From assembly GCA_017622825.1 (NCBI GenBank), contig JAGAQK010000030.1, positions 1 through 36,379 of the forward strand: a stretch of DNA of 36,379 nt. Reading direction: 5' to 3'. Position 1 is the first letter of the stretch. Each line of letters starts with the position of its first letter. Positions 1 to 9,618 of this stretch are shown here, one piece after another. The position numbers and the translations under genes were made by a program. Origin of the DNA: Clostridia bacterium. GTDB taxonomy: Bacteria; Bacillota; Clostridia; UBA1212; UBA1255. The notes below the pieces were generated by a model. It made no database searches, was not told where the DNA came from, and saw only the letters and a program-made list of their open reading frames with translations.

Positions 1-345
1 AACAGGTCCTACTATTACAGCATATGTTAATGTGTTTGTGAAAGCCTTTAAGAACAAAGAGTCATCAACAAACAAGTAAACGTAGTTGTGAAGTCCGTTA
101 AATACCGGATCCTCAAAAATGTTCCAATATGTAAAACTCAATGCTAAAGATGCAATCAAAGGAAGCAACGAGAAAGTGATAAACAAAATAAAGAACGGTG
201 CCACCATGGCATATGACATTTTGTGAACCCACATCTCGTGCAACGTATAACCAAATCTTTTTTCTACATTAAAGAAACGTTTCTTTGGTACAGCGGGTGT
301 ATTTGCTACAGCTTTTTTAGCTGCTCTCTCTTCTTTTTTACTCAC
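1..345 (-). CDS. Carbohydrate ABC transporter permease (MalF/UgpA-like), runs off the window start
   Basis: Not in the ORF track. Manual translation from GTG at 345 (SD AAGGAGG upstream) gives MSKKEERAAKK...YAMVAPFFILFITFSLLPLIASLALSFTYWNIFEDPVFNGLHNYVYLFVDDSLFLKAFTNTLTYAVIVGPV, a typical sugar-permease N-terminus. It lies directly downstream of the solute-binding protein gene. Confidence 0.9.
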   Translation of the reverse strand, partial: MSKKEERAAKKAVANTPAVPKKRFFNVEKRFGYTLHEMWVHKMSYAMVAPFFILFITFSLLPLIASLALSFTYWNIFEDPVFNGLHNYVYLFVDDSLFLKAFTNTLTYAVIVGPV

Positions 346-348
346 AAA

Positions 349-3300
349 TCATCCCTCCTTGTTTGCTATTGCAGTCTCATACAATACAGAGCCGTCCTCA
401 GGGATACGAAACTCTTCTTGCTTACGACGCATCTCTTTATTTATTTCTTTTACTGCATCCTCGAGGGCAATTCTACCACTAAGACCTTGGATAACCGTCT
501 GGTTCAATGCAGTAAGCAGATATCTTGACGTATAATATCCACCCATTGTGTTAGGTGACTCTTTAAGGTGAACCCACTGAGCATTAATAACGTCAAGTTC
601 TTCTTGTGAGTACGGAAGTGACTGCGTTGCAACCATGTTTGCGGGATTCCAACGTGAAGCAACACCAAAAGTAGCTTCAACTTCTCTACCGTATTCGGCC
701 TGAACGTCATCAGAAAGCCACCATTGTAAGAATGTCCATGACTCCTCATACTGTTGCTTCTTAACGTCATCCTGTCTTACTATGATACAGCACGTGCCAA
801 GACCACTTGTAGATCTGTCAATAATTTCTTCTCCTGTTTTCTCATCTACGCCTACAACGTGTCCGGGAACAACAGTCATTGCCCACTTACCGTTAAGCTC
901 AGGAGCAGAATAATTGAGCTGCTGATAGAAGGTCATATCGGCAATACCTATCGGCATTTCACCTGACTTAAATCTCATATAGAAGTTAGCAGCATATACA
1001 AAGTTATACTGAAGATACAAATCAGCAAACTCCATAAATGACTCGTATGCTACCTCTGTATTAAGAGCTGACTGCATAGCATCGGCATCATAGAAGTCTC
1101 CGCCATATTGATAAAGGAACGGAGTATAACCGCCAACACTATAGTTGTAACAGAAATCGTATCCCGAGTTAGAAAGTGTAGGAAGAATATTATATACATC
1201 TTCCCATGTATCAGGAGGCTCGATACCTAACGTATCAAAAATATCTGTTCTATAGAACAAAGCACTCCAACCCTGTGTCTCCGGGAAAGCATAATAATCA
1301 CCTTTGTAAAGATAAGGAACAAACGCTTGATCATGGTATGACTGCAATCCGTACGGATTATCATTTTTCTTCCAAAGCTCTTCAAAGCTCAATACGTCTG
1401 CATCATTATACGTGTCTACATTTATTTCATTCAAAGGAACAAGCGCGCCTCTGATAGCAAATTCAAATACGTTACCTGCTGCAATTGAGATTGCAAGGTC
1501 AGGAGCTGTACCTGCAACGTAACGAGGCATTATAAGACCCTCAGAAGAACCGGCAACCATGTTGATGTTAACTTTAATACCATACTCCGGCGTGAACTGC
1601 TCACTTACCATATTTCTCATAATGTCAACGTGCTCACGACCTCTTGCAACGTATACCTCAATCTCAGGCATACCGTCTGTATCAAGACCTTCACGAGCAC
1701 CGGCGTTAGCGTATCTGTCACTGTCAAAAGAATTAAAGAATCTAACGGCGCCTACGTACAAGCTCTGCCATGAGTTACTTCTCGTATCGGGATATGAATA
1801 ACCCTTCGGAGCTACAACCATATAGTCTACTGCAATAGGTTGCTCTTTAATTGATACCATTGTGTTACTCAAACCTGTCTGAGCATTTGTAATATCGTTA
1901 AGTGAAATAGCAACTTTCTCCAAATCTTCATCAAAGTCTTCAAACAAGTCTCTTGCAACTTTAACAGCGGACGCATAAGACGTTACTTTACCGCCATTTA
2001 AGAGGATTATGTTGTTATAACAATCCTCGAATGTTTTAACATATGTTTTAATATCATCTTGAATTGTAGGAATGTACAATTGTAAATCGTAGTCTCTGTT
2101 TTTATCTACTGTATATCCGCCTGATGATGTTCTGGCAGAAGCAGTGATTTTTACTATCTTGTTAACCAACGTGGATATTGAATCCATTGATTCTTCGATT
2201 CTCTGAAGTGAATGACGAAGAGGACCAACCTTGTTAACAAATGAAATGGTGTGTGTGCCTTCCTCAAGATAGAACATATACGGATTTTGATTAGCATCTA
2301 ACAACGAAATAGCTGTCCAACCGTCAGCATATGGGAAGCAGTACTCCTCCATCTCGGCAAACGGTATAACACCATCAATCTTTATCTCCTTAAAAGAAGA
2401 TACGTATGTATATTGTGATTTATATCTAAATCCTAACTCATACCATCCTGTCTGCGGCACATCGAACGACCATTCAACCTTATCTCCACCTACAGACCAT
2501 TGATCTCCGCCGAATATATTGAAAAGTGTTGCTTTGTATCCGGGAAGACTTGCCTTTGAAGAAGTATAGTAATCGTTGTCTGTTTCCATTCTTACGCTAA
2601 GGCTTGTTGTGAAATTAGGTACTTCAAATTCCTTCTTAACGGCTTCTCCTGTGTAAACAGCAGAATCAGAGAAACCATTTTGTGCTTTGTAATCCTCGTA
2701 AGAAGGATTTACAATAGGCGCAACAAATTCTACAGCTCTTATGGCACCCGGTTCTCTTGAGAAAGTAAGAGTAATCTTGTGGGTACCTTTTTGCATGTAG
2801 AATCTATAAGGATTTCTATATAAACCATCAGGATTTGTCATTACAGCTTTTTGCCATCCAAAAATTTCCTGTGACTTAGGACGAATCTGATTACCTACAA
2901 CGTCTTTGTTTGCCTCGTAGTCATGACCATAGAATCCATACATTCTCTTAAGAGCCATGTTGGAAGCCTCAAGGAAAGGATACTTGCCGTCGATAGTGAA
3001 ATTGACAAGCATATTGGTATTACGTCCTTCGAGCATTAAATACTCAAGATAAATCGAATACAAACCTGCTGTATCAACAGTAATTTCAAATTCCAGAGTA
3101 GCTTCATCACCTGAAACATAAAGTGCACCGTCGTTTTCCTCCGTAGATATCACTTTCTCAGAATTATCATTCTTATCTGTCCACTTGTATCCGTTCTTAA
3201 ACTCTTCTATCTCATTAATGTAGAAAAGCTCAGCTCTTTTGATTTCCTTATACTGCGAAAGCAAATCTCTAAGCTGTGTTCCTGAAAGGCCTTTATCTTT

Positions 3301-3681
3301 AAGACCTTCTTCAGTAAGATCGGCATCAGCAACATCTGTAACTCCGTATTTAGCTTTTAAAGCAGCAATTCCATCTACAGTATCTTTGTGGGACTTCTCA
3401 ATGAGAGCCTTTACATCGACCTTTATAGGATCACCGGTGTAATACGGATAATTCTTGGACGCATATTTTGAGAGAACTTTACCGTACTCCAAAAAGCTAT
3501 TGTCCAAACGCTCTTCATTCGTAACGAACGGATTAAAATCCATCTCGTCATAGTTGTCAAAATTGTATTGGACCGCCTCAGCATCCCTGTTTCCATAAAC
3601 AACGATACCTATCGCAGCCACCAATACAAGAGCCACTATGATGATTGTCATACGAATCAATTTCTTTTTTTTCTTAGTCAT
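349..3681 (-). CDS. Large multidomain extracellular solute-binding protein (CBM-like beta-sandwich N-terminal part plus family-1 sugar SBP domain)
   Basis: 1110 aa with an N-terminal TM anchor. Two beta-rich segments (EFEITVDTAGLYSI; VEWSFDVPQTGWYELGFRY). C-terminal SBP motifs: AGTAPDLAI, LFYRTDIF, FKSGEMPIGI, ESWTFLQWWLS. Adjacent to a permease. Confidence 0.85.
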   Translation of the reverse strand: MTKKKKKLIRMTIIIVALVLVAAIGIVVYGNRDAEAVQYNFDNYDEMDFNPFVTNEERLDNSFLEYGKVLSKYASKNYPYYTGDPIKVDVKALIEKSHKDTVDGIAALKAKYGVTDVADADLTEEGLKDKGLSGTQLRDLLSQYKEIKRAELFYINEIEEFKNGYKWTDKNDNSEKVISTEENDGALYVSGDEATLEFEITVDTAGLYSIYLEYLMLEGRNTNMLVNFTIDGKYPFLEASNMALKRMYGFYGHDYEANKDVVGNQIRPKSQEIFGWQKAVMTNPDGLYRNPYRFYMQKGTHKITLTFSREPGAIRAVEFVAPIVNPSYEDYKAQNGFSDSAVYTGEAVKKEFEVPNFTTSLSVRMETDNDYYTSSKASLPGYKATLFNIFGGDQWSVGGDKVEWSFDVPQTGWYELGFRYKSQYTYVSSFKEIKIDGVIPFAEMEEYCFPYADGWTAISLLDANQNPYMFYLEEGTHTISFVNKVGPLRHSLQRIEESMDSISTLVNKIVKITASARTSSGGYTVDKNRDYDLQLYIPTIQDDIKTYVKTFEDCYNNIILLNGGKVTSYASAVKVARDLFEDFDEDLEKVAISLNDITNAQTGLSNTMVSIKEQPIAVDYMVVAPKGYSYPDTRSNSWQSLYVGAVRFFNSFDSDRYANAGAREGLDTDGMPEIEVYVARGREHVDIMRNMVSEQFTPEYGIKVNINMVAGSSEGLIMPRYVAGTAPDLAISIAAGNVFEFAIRGALVPLNEINVDTYNDADVLSFEELWKKNDNPYGLQSYHDQAFVPYLYKGDYYAFPETQGWSALFYRTDIFDTLGIEPPDTWEDVYNILPTLSNSGYDFCYNYSVGGYTPFLYQYGGDFYDADAMQSALNTEVAYESFMEFADLYLQYNFVYAANFYMRFKSGEMPIGIADMTFYQQLNYSAPELNGKWAMTVVPGHVVGVDEKTGEEIIDRSTSGLGTCCIIVRQDDVKKQQYEESWTFLQWWLSDDVQAEYGREVEATFGVASRWNPANMVATQSLPYSQEELDVINAQWVHLKESPNTMGGYYTSRYLLTALNQTVIQGLSGRIALEDAVKEINKEMRRKQEEFRIPEDGSVLYETAIANKEG

Positions 3682-3720
3682 ACGATCAACCTTCCATAAG
3701 ATGATATAATGGTTGTAAAA

Positions 3721-3735
3721 CGATAATGATTATCA
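3721..3735. promoter_or_regulatory. Fur-family 7-1-7 operator-like palindrome
   Basis: cGATAATgATTATCA matches the Bacillus Fur consensus TGATAATnATTATCA at 13 of the 14 specified positions. It sits between the promoter and the SBP start codon. Confidence 0.55.
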
Positions 3736-3766
3736 ATATGCCTTTTTGGGCAATCTAAACAAAAGA

Positions 3767-3795
3767 ATTATATATATTTCGTGCAACTGTGTCAA
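3767..3795 (-). promoter_or_regulatory. Sigma-A promoter of the SBP/ABC operon
   Basis: Minus strand TTGACA (3795-3790), 17-nt spacer, TATAAT (3772-3767): perfect consensus. Confidence 0.8.
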
Positions 3796-3846
3796 TAAGA
3801 AAATGCCAAATTTACATAGTTAAATTTATGTGCAAATTGTAAATAA

Positions 3847-5292
3847 TTATAAACTCAACACGTAATTCTTAAAAGTATTGCCTCTCTCTTCAAAGTTCCT
3901 GAAAAGGTCAAAGCTAGTACTTGCCGGCGACAGTAATACACAATCTCCCTTTAATGCATTATCATATGCACATTTTACACCATCTTCATAATTATTCAAA
4001 TGAAAAATTTTCATTTTTTTCTCATCAAAACTCTCGCACGCCCTCACAGCCGCCTCGATTTTTTCAGAAGTAGGCCCAATAAGAATGAGAACCTTCACTT
4101 TAGCGCAAATAGCCGGTCCCACGTCATCATACGGTATATTCTTATCCTTACCTCCGGCAATCATTACAACATTCCCGTCAAAAACAGAAAGCGTCTGTAT
4201 CGTCCTGTTCGGACTACTGTCAATTGAGCTGTTATAGTACTTCACGCCATTTAACTCCCTCACAAGCTCGCACCTGTGTGGAACGCCCGAAAATTCCGTT
4301 GCCACCTTCTCAACGTCACGCTGCGTAATAACATCCGCACACGCCGCAACAGCCGTCAAAAGGTTCTCACCGTTAAATTCTCCGGGAACTTTAAGCGCCG
4401 CACGCTCTATATTATAATTATTTAAGGAAGAAACATATTTTAGCACGCCATTTTCCATGAACGCGCAGCCGTCAGCAGATGCTGTAAACTCCGATGCACT
4501 TTTTTTGTGTACGGAAAAAAGTCGCACTTTTCTGCCTTGTGCGATACATTTCGCGGCAATGCCTGACGTTATTTCGTTTGCAGCGTTCAAAACAACAACG
4601 CCGTCGTCTTTTTGGAAATTTAAAATATTTGTCTTTGCCTCAATGTATTCGTTGTAATCTTTATGTACATCGAGATGATTGGGCGTTACGTTTGTAATAA
4701 CGGCAACATCCGGACTTTTCTTCATTGTCATGAGCTGAAAGCTTGAAAGCTCCAAAACAGCAGCATCTTGCGCTTTAATCTCCGGCAGAATATCAATAAG
4801 CGGTCTGCCTATGTTGCCGCCGAGCCAAACTTTCGTATCTGTGCCCTCGTAGTGAGCTTGCAAAAGTTTGTAAGTGAGCGTTGTTGTGGTGGTCTTGCCG
4901 TCACTGCCTGTAATCGCATATATTTTGCATGGGCAAAGCTCAAAAAACAGCTCCATCTCAGAAGTAAGGCACGCGCCTTGCTCCACTGCTTTTACAAGCG
5001 GAATTACATCCGGCCTTATAATGGGCGATTTGAAAATATAATCAAATTTTTCTGAAGGAATTTCTTTAAGATAATCCTCTCCCGTAACTGCTTTTTTTAT
5101 CATGTTGTCTTTTTTGAGCATTTCTATGTTCGAAATAACCTGCGGACTTGCAAACTTGTCGTACGCCGTTATATCCTTGACGCCACATTCACATAAAAAA
5201 CGAATAAGCGGAATATTGCTTATTCCCAAACCAAGTACTGCAACTTTTGCCGAGTTTATTTTTTCTTTGAATTTCAATATATTGTTTGTCAT
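3847..5292 (-). CDS. murD: UDP-N-acetylmuramoyl-L-alanine--D-glutamate ligase
   Basis: VAVLGLGISN, AITGSDGKTTTT P-loop, LELSSFQL, PNHLDVH, GVPHRCE, LSPASTSFDLFRNFEERG. Confidence 0.96.
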   Translation of the reverse strand: MTNNILKFKEKINSAKVAVLGLGISNIPLIRFLCECGVKDITAYDKFASPQVISNIEMLKKDNMIKKAVTGEDYLKEIPSEKFDYIFKSPIIRPDVIPLVKAVEQGACLTSEMELFFELCPCKIYAITGSDGKTTTTTLTYKLLQAHYEGTDTKVWLGGNIGRPLIDILPEIKAQDAAVLELSSFQLMTMKKSPDVAVITNVTPNHLDVHKDYNEYIEAKTNILNFQKDDGVVVLNAANEITSGIAAKCIAQGRKVRLFSVHKKSASEFTASADGCAFMENGVLKYVSSLNNYNIERAALKVPGEFNGENLLTAVAACADVITQRDVEKVATEFSGVPHRCELVRELNGVKYYNSSIDSSPNRTIQTLSVFDGNVVMIAGGKDKNIPYDDVGPAICAKVKVLILIGPTSEKIEAAVRACESFDEKKMKIFHLNNYEDGVKCAYDNALKGDCVLLSPASTSFDLFRNFEERGNTFKNYVLSL

Positions 5293-5349
5293 AATTAACG
5301 CCTCCGCATTGAATTATACTATTATAGGTATGAAAAGTATACAAAATTC

Positions 5350-5378
5350 TTGACTTTTCTTATGTAGCTGTTTATTAT
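5350..5378 (+). promoter_or_regulatory. Sigma-A-like promoter of the thrC operon
   Basis: TTGACT, 17 nt, TATTAT upstream of thrC. Confidence 0.5.
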
Positions 5379-5436
5379 AAGCTTTGTGTCTTTATGCACA
5401 CCTGAAAGATTTTTAATAGCTTTGGAGTGATAATAA

Positions 5437-6930
5437 ATGTTGTATAAAAGTACAAGAGGTTACTCAGAAAAATTCAGCTTTTCTGATGCTGTTTTAACGG
5501 GAATAGCGCCCGACGGCGGACTTTTCGTGCCCGAAGAATTTCCGACTTTGAATGAGGCAGCACTTGAGAAACTTTGCGAATTGGATTATTGCAGTCTTGC
5601 AAGAGAAATTTTCTCTTTATTTGCTGACGATTTCACAAAAGAAGAACTTGATACGTGCGTAAAAAATGCGTATGCAGACGGCAGCTTCCCCGAAGAGCCG
5701 ACTCCCCTTTCTGTACTCAGCAATAATTTAAGCGTTCTTGAGCTTTGGCACGGTCCAACTTCTGCTTTCAAAGATATGGCGCTTCAGATTTTACCCGAGT
5801 TTATGTCGGTTGCAATCAAAAAAAGCAAAAAGCACAATAAAATCGCCATTTTGACAGCTACGTCAGGTGACACCGGCAAAGCAGCTCTTGCAGGCTTTAA
5901 AGATGCAGAAAACGTTAATATTATGGTGTTCTACCCTGTCAGCGGTGTAAGCGAGATGCAAAAAACACAAATGATCACACAAGAAGGCAGCAATCTTTCG
6001 GTAGTCGCAGTTCGCGGTAATTTCGACGATGCTCAAACGGGAGTAAAAAATATTTTTGGCGATAAGGAATTCGCAGAAGTTTTAAAAGAGCGAGGATATA
6101 CGCTTTCTTCTGCAAATTCAATCAATATAGGCAGATTGCTTCCCCAGGTAGTGTATTATTTCTATGCTTACCTTGCTCTTGTACGTAACGGACGCCTTAC
6201 TTTAGGCGATAAAATCAACTTTGCAGTTCCTACAGGCAACTTCGGTAACATTCTTGCTTGTTATTATGCTACAAAAATCGGTCTTCCCGTTAACAAAATA
6301 ATTTGTGCGACAAACGACAATAACGTTGTATCTGATTTTATTACAACAGGCATATATAACAGCAAACGTCCGTTTATTCTTACAGTATCTCCTGCAATGG
6401 ATATATTGATTTCATCAAACCTTGAGCGTCTCTTATTTGACGTTTCAGGTGAAAATACTGAGATTGTCTCCGGATTGCAGCAAGACCTTAAGGCGAACGG
6501 CGTGTATTCCGTAGAAAAAGAAATGACAGACGCTATAAACGAATATTTCTGGTCATCATATTCGACTCAGCCTGAGTGCTGCAAGACAATCAACAGCATA
6601 CATAGTGAATTTAACTACCTTGTTGACCCTCATACTGCTGTTGGAATCGATGTTTACGATAAATACGTTATCTCAACCGGTGATACCACTCCCACGGTTG
6701 CTGTTTCTACCGCCAGTCCTTTTAAATTCAACAAGACTGTTGCGGAGGCGCTCTACGGCGAAGCTTCTACTGAGGGCAAGAGTGAATTTGAGATATTGGA
6801 TGAGCTTTCTGAGAAGACAGGTTGGGAAATTCCGGTCCCGCTTCGCGATTTGGATAAGAAGTCAATATTGCACAAAGGCGTTTGCGATGTTTCTGACATG
6901 AAGGCCGAAGTTGATGCATTTTTAAAGTGA
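5437..6930 (+). CDS. thrC: Threonine synthase
   Basis: MLYKSTRG start, LELWHGPTSAFKD (PLP lysine), ATSGDTG, SANSINIGRL, VPTGNFGN, DPHTAV. Confidence 0.96.
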   Translation: MLYKSTRGYSEKFSFSDAVLTGIAPDGGLFVPEEFPTLNEAALEKLCELDYCSLAREIFSLFADDFTKEELDTCVKNAYADGSFPEEPTPLSVLSNNLSVLELWHGPTSAFKDMALQILPEFMSVAIKKSKKHNKIAILTATSGDTGKAALAGFKDAENVNIMVFYPVSGVSEMQKTQMITQEGSNLSVVAVRGNFDDAQTGVKNIFGDKEFAEVLKERGYTLSSANSINIGRLLPQVVYYFYAYLALVRNGRLTLGDKINFAVPTGNFGNILACYYATKIGLPVNKIICATNDNNVVSDFITTGIYNSKRPFILTVSPAMDILISSNLERLLFDVSGENTEIVSGLQQDLKANGVYSVEKEMTDAINEYFWSSYSTQPECCKTINSIHSEFNYLVDPHTAVGIDVYDKYVISTGDTTPTVAVSTASPFKFNKTVAEALYGEASTEGKSEFEILDELSEKTGWEIPVPLRDLDKKSILHKGVCDVSDMKAEVDAFLK

Positions 6931-6962
6931 TTTAATTTTTTGTGATATATTAGGAGGATATT

Positions 6963-8219
6963 ATGTTTAACATAGCTATTTTAGGTTGTGGTGTTGTTGG
7001 TTCCGGCGTTGCTGACATACTTTTTGACAAGCAGGAAGAACTCAGCAAACGTTTTAATCAGGAAGTTAAGCTTTCAAAGATTCTTGATATTAAAAATATG
7101 GACGGTACTCCGTATGCTCCATATCTTGTAACAGAGCCGGCAGACGTTTTTGAAGACGATTCAATTAAACTCGTTGTCGTAACTATCGGCGGACTCGACT
7201 TGGCTGCCGACAGATGTTTCGCAGCGTTAAAAGCAGGCAAACACGTGGTAACGTCAAACAAGGCTGTTGTTGCCGCATACGGCAGAGAATTAACGAAGCT
7301 TGCGTACGAAAACAACGTTCGCTTCCTCTACGAAGCAAGCGTTGGCGGTGGTATACCGATAATACGACCTATGAACATATGCCTTTCTGCAAATGATATA
7401 TATGAGATTCAAGGTATTCTCAACGGTACAACAAACTACATGCTTACAGGTATGTACAAAGATAAAATGTCATTTGATGATATTTTGAAGGATGCTCAGG
7501 CAAAAGGTTATGCCGAAGCTGACCCTACTGCAGACGTTGACGGTTTTGATGCTGCAAGAAAAATAGCAATTCTCTCATCAATAGCATACAATGGTTTTGT
7601 AGACTTTGAGGATGTTAAGTGCATTGGCATAAGAGACGTTATTTACGCTGACCACGAGCTTGCGGCAACCGGCGGATACGCTATTAAACTTATTGCCGGC
7701 AGCAAAAACACAGAAAAAGGAGTTCGGATAAGCGTTGAGCCTAAGCTCGTTGATAAAAGCAGAATGTTAGCTGCAGTTAACTCCGTTTACAATGCTATTC
7801 TTGTTCGCGGCTCATACACAGGTGATTCTTTGTTCTACGGTCAGGGTGCCGGAAAGCTTGCTACTGCAAGTGCTATTTTAGGTGACATAATAGAAATTCT
7901 TGAGGCTCCCGACAGACAAAACCTCCCTGCTTTTGTTGACAACACAGCAGTAATTATTAAAGACTCTGATGACAAAGAACGCTTCTACGTTCGTCTGAAA
8001 TCGACATTTAACGACACAGAGAGTGAAGAACTTAAATCAGATATTACTAATATTTTTGGTAACAAGGCAGTTTATTTGGGATATGCTTTATCAGACAATA
8101 CAACGGCTGCGTTTATTTCTGATTATTGCTCTGAAGCTGAGCTCAAAGTGCTTTGCGATAAACTTGCGCAATGTGACGGTGTAGAATCTATTGCTTACAC
8201 AATGCGCGTGGCAGAATAA
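6963..8219 (+). CDS. hom: Homoserine dehydrogenase
   Basis: GCGVVG Rossmann motif, YEASVGGGIP, GILNGTTNY, GYAEADPTADVDGFDAARK, GQGAG. Confidence 0.95.
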   Translation: MFNIAILGCGVVGSGVADILFDKQEELSKRFNQEVKLSKILDIKNMDGTPYAPYLVTEPADVFEDDSIKLVVVTIGGLDLAADRCFAALKAGKHVVTSNKAVVAAYGRELTKLAYENNVRFLYEASVGGGIPIIRPMNICLSANDIYEIQGILNGTTNYMLTGMYKDKMSFDDILKDAQAKGYAEADPTADVDGFDAARKIAILSSIAYNGFVDFEDVKCIGIRDVIYADHELAATGGYAIKLIAGSKNTEKGVRISVEPKLVDKSRMLAAVNSVYNAILVRGSYTGDSLFYGQGAGKLATASAILGDIIEILEAPDRQNLPAFVDNTAVIIKDSDDKERFYVRLKSTFNDTESEELKSDITNIFGNKAVYLGYALSDNTTAAFISDYCSEAELKVLCDKLAQCDGVESIAYTMRVAE

Positions 8220-8237
8220 TCATTTCGAGGTGTTAAT

Positions 8238-9593
8238 ATGAAAGTTATAAAATTTGGTGGCAGCTCACTTGCTGATGCTAAACAAATAAAAAAAGTTTGC
8301 AGTATTGTACTGTCAGACAGACAAAGAAGAATAGTAGTTGTTTCCGCGCCGGGCAAACGCGACGGCAATGACACAAAGGTTACAGATTTGCTTATAAGCC
8401 TTGCTCAGACTTGCAGGGACAATGGTGACGTAGATGCTGCTCTTGATGCAGTTGTTGAGCGTTACTCAAGCATTGCCAAAGATTTACATTTGGGCAAAGA
8501 AATCGTAAATACTATAAAAAATGATTTAAAAGGTCGTATTTCCAAGCAAACAGACAACTACAATATGTTTGAAGACTTACTTAAAGCTTCCGGAGAAGAT
8601 AACTCGGCAAAATTGGTTGCATGTTATCTTCAAAGTATCGGTGAGAATGCAGAATACGTTGACCCTAAAGAAGCCGGTATGATTTTAAGCAATGAGTTCG
8701 GTAATGCGCAGGTGCTTCCCCATTCTTATGAGCTTCTTGCTAAGCTTGCTGAGCGCGATACAATTATGATTTTCCCCGGATTTTTCGGTTACTCCGAAGA
8801 CGGCGACGTTGTAACGTTTTCACGCGGCGGCTCAGACGTTACGGGCGGAATTCTCGCTGCTGCCGTTAATGCGGACGTTTATGAGAACTTCACTGACGTT
8901 GACTTTGTTTATGCTGCTAATCCGAAACTAATTGAGAATCCGTTCCCTATTCCTCTTTTTACATACGAGGAAATGAGAGAGCTTTCGTATGCAGGTTTCA
9001 GTGTGCTTCACGAAGAAGCTTTAGCTCCTGTTTATAAAAAGGGTATTCCCGTTAATATACGCAATACCAACAATCCCGATGCTCCCGGCACGTTTATCGT
9101 TCCGGACAAAACTGCTCCCAAACCGACACTTCCTGTTGCCGGCATTGCCGCAGATACGGGCTTTATGACGATACACGTATACAAATATATGATGAACCGT
9201 TTAATAGGATACGGACGCAAGCTCTTGTCTGTTTTGGAGGAGGAAGGTATTTCTTTTGAACATATGCCTTCGGGAATTGACAGTATTTCTTTAATTATTC
9301 GCGAAAAAAACTGTCCTCCGGAGAAACTTGATAGAATTGTGAAGAAGTATAAAGAAGAATTGGCTGCCGACAGCGTTTCCGTAGATAAGGACCAGGCAAT
9401 AGTAATGCTCGTGGGCCGCGGTATGACAAAAAACGTAGGTGTTTCTACACGTGCGACTGCTGCTTTTGCGAAAGCCAACATTAATATTCGTATGATTAAC
9501 CAGGGTTCTTCTGAGGTTAGCATTATGTTTGGTGTTGAAGCCAAAGATGCAAAACCATCGGTAATTGCTCTTTACAATGAATTCTTTAACTAA
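8238..9593 (+). CDS. Aspartate kinase (resembles the Bacillus AKIII/YclM type)
   Basis: KFGGSSLA, VVVSAPGKR, TFSRGGSDVTG, YENFTDVD, and two C-terminal ACT-like regions (INQGSSEVSIMFGV). Confidence 0.93.
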   Translation: MKVIKFGGSSLADAKQIKKVCSIVLSDRQRRIVVVSAPGKRDGNDTKVTDLLISLAQTCRDNGDVDAALDAVVERYSSIAKDLHLGKEIVNTIKNDLKGRISKQTDNYNMFEDLLKASGEDNSAKLVACYLQSIGENAEYVDPKEAGMILSNEFGNAQVLPHSYELLAKLAERDTIMIFPGFFGYSEDGDVVTFSRGGSDVTGGILAAAVNADVYENFTDVDFVYAANPKLIENPFPIPLFTYEEMRELSYAGFSVLHEEALAPVYKKGIPVNIRNTNNPDAPGTFIVPDKTAPKPTLPVAGIAADTGFMTIHVYKYMMNRLIGYGRKLLSVLEEEGISFEHMPSGIDSISLIIREKNCPPEKLDRIVKKYKEELAADSVSVDKDQAIVMLVGRGMTKNVGVSTRATAAFAKANINIRMINQGSSEVSIMFGVEAKDAKPSVIALYNEFFN

Positions 9594-9618
9594 ATTAATT
9601 TTATATTGATATTTGATT

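Noticed and set aside
5293-5436. T-box or lysine riboswitch for the thr operon
   Set aside because: The intergenic region is too short and has no T-box or aptamer motif.
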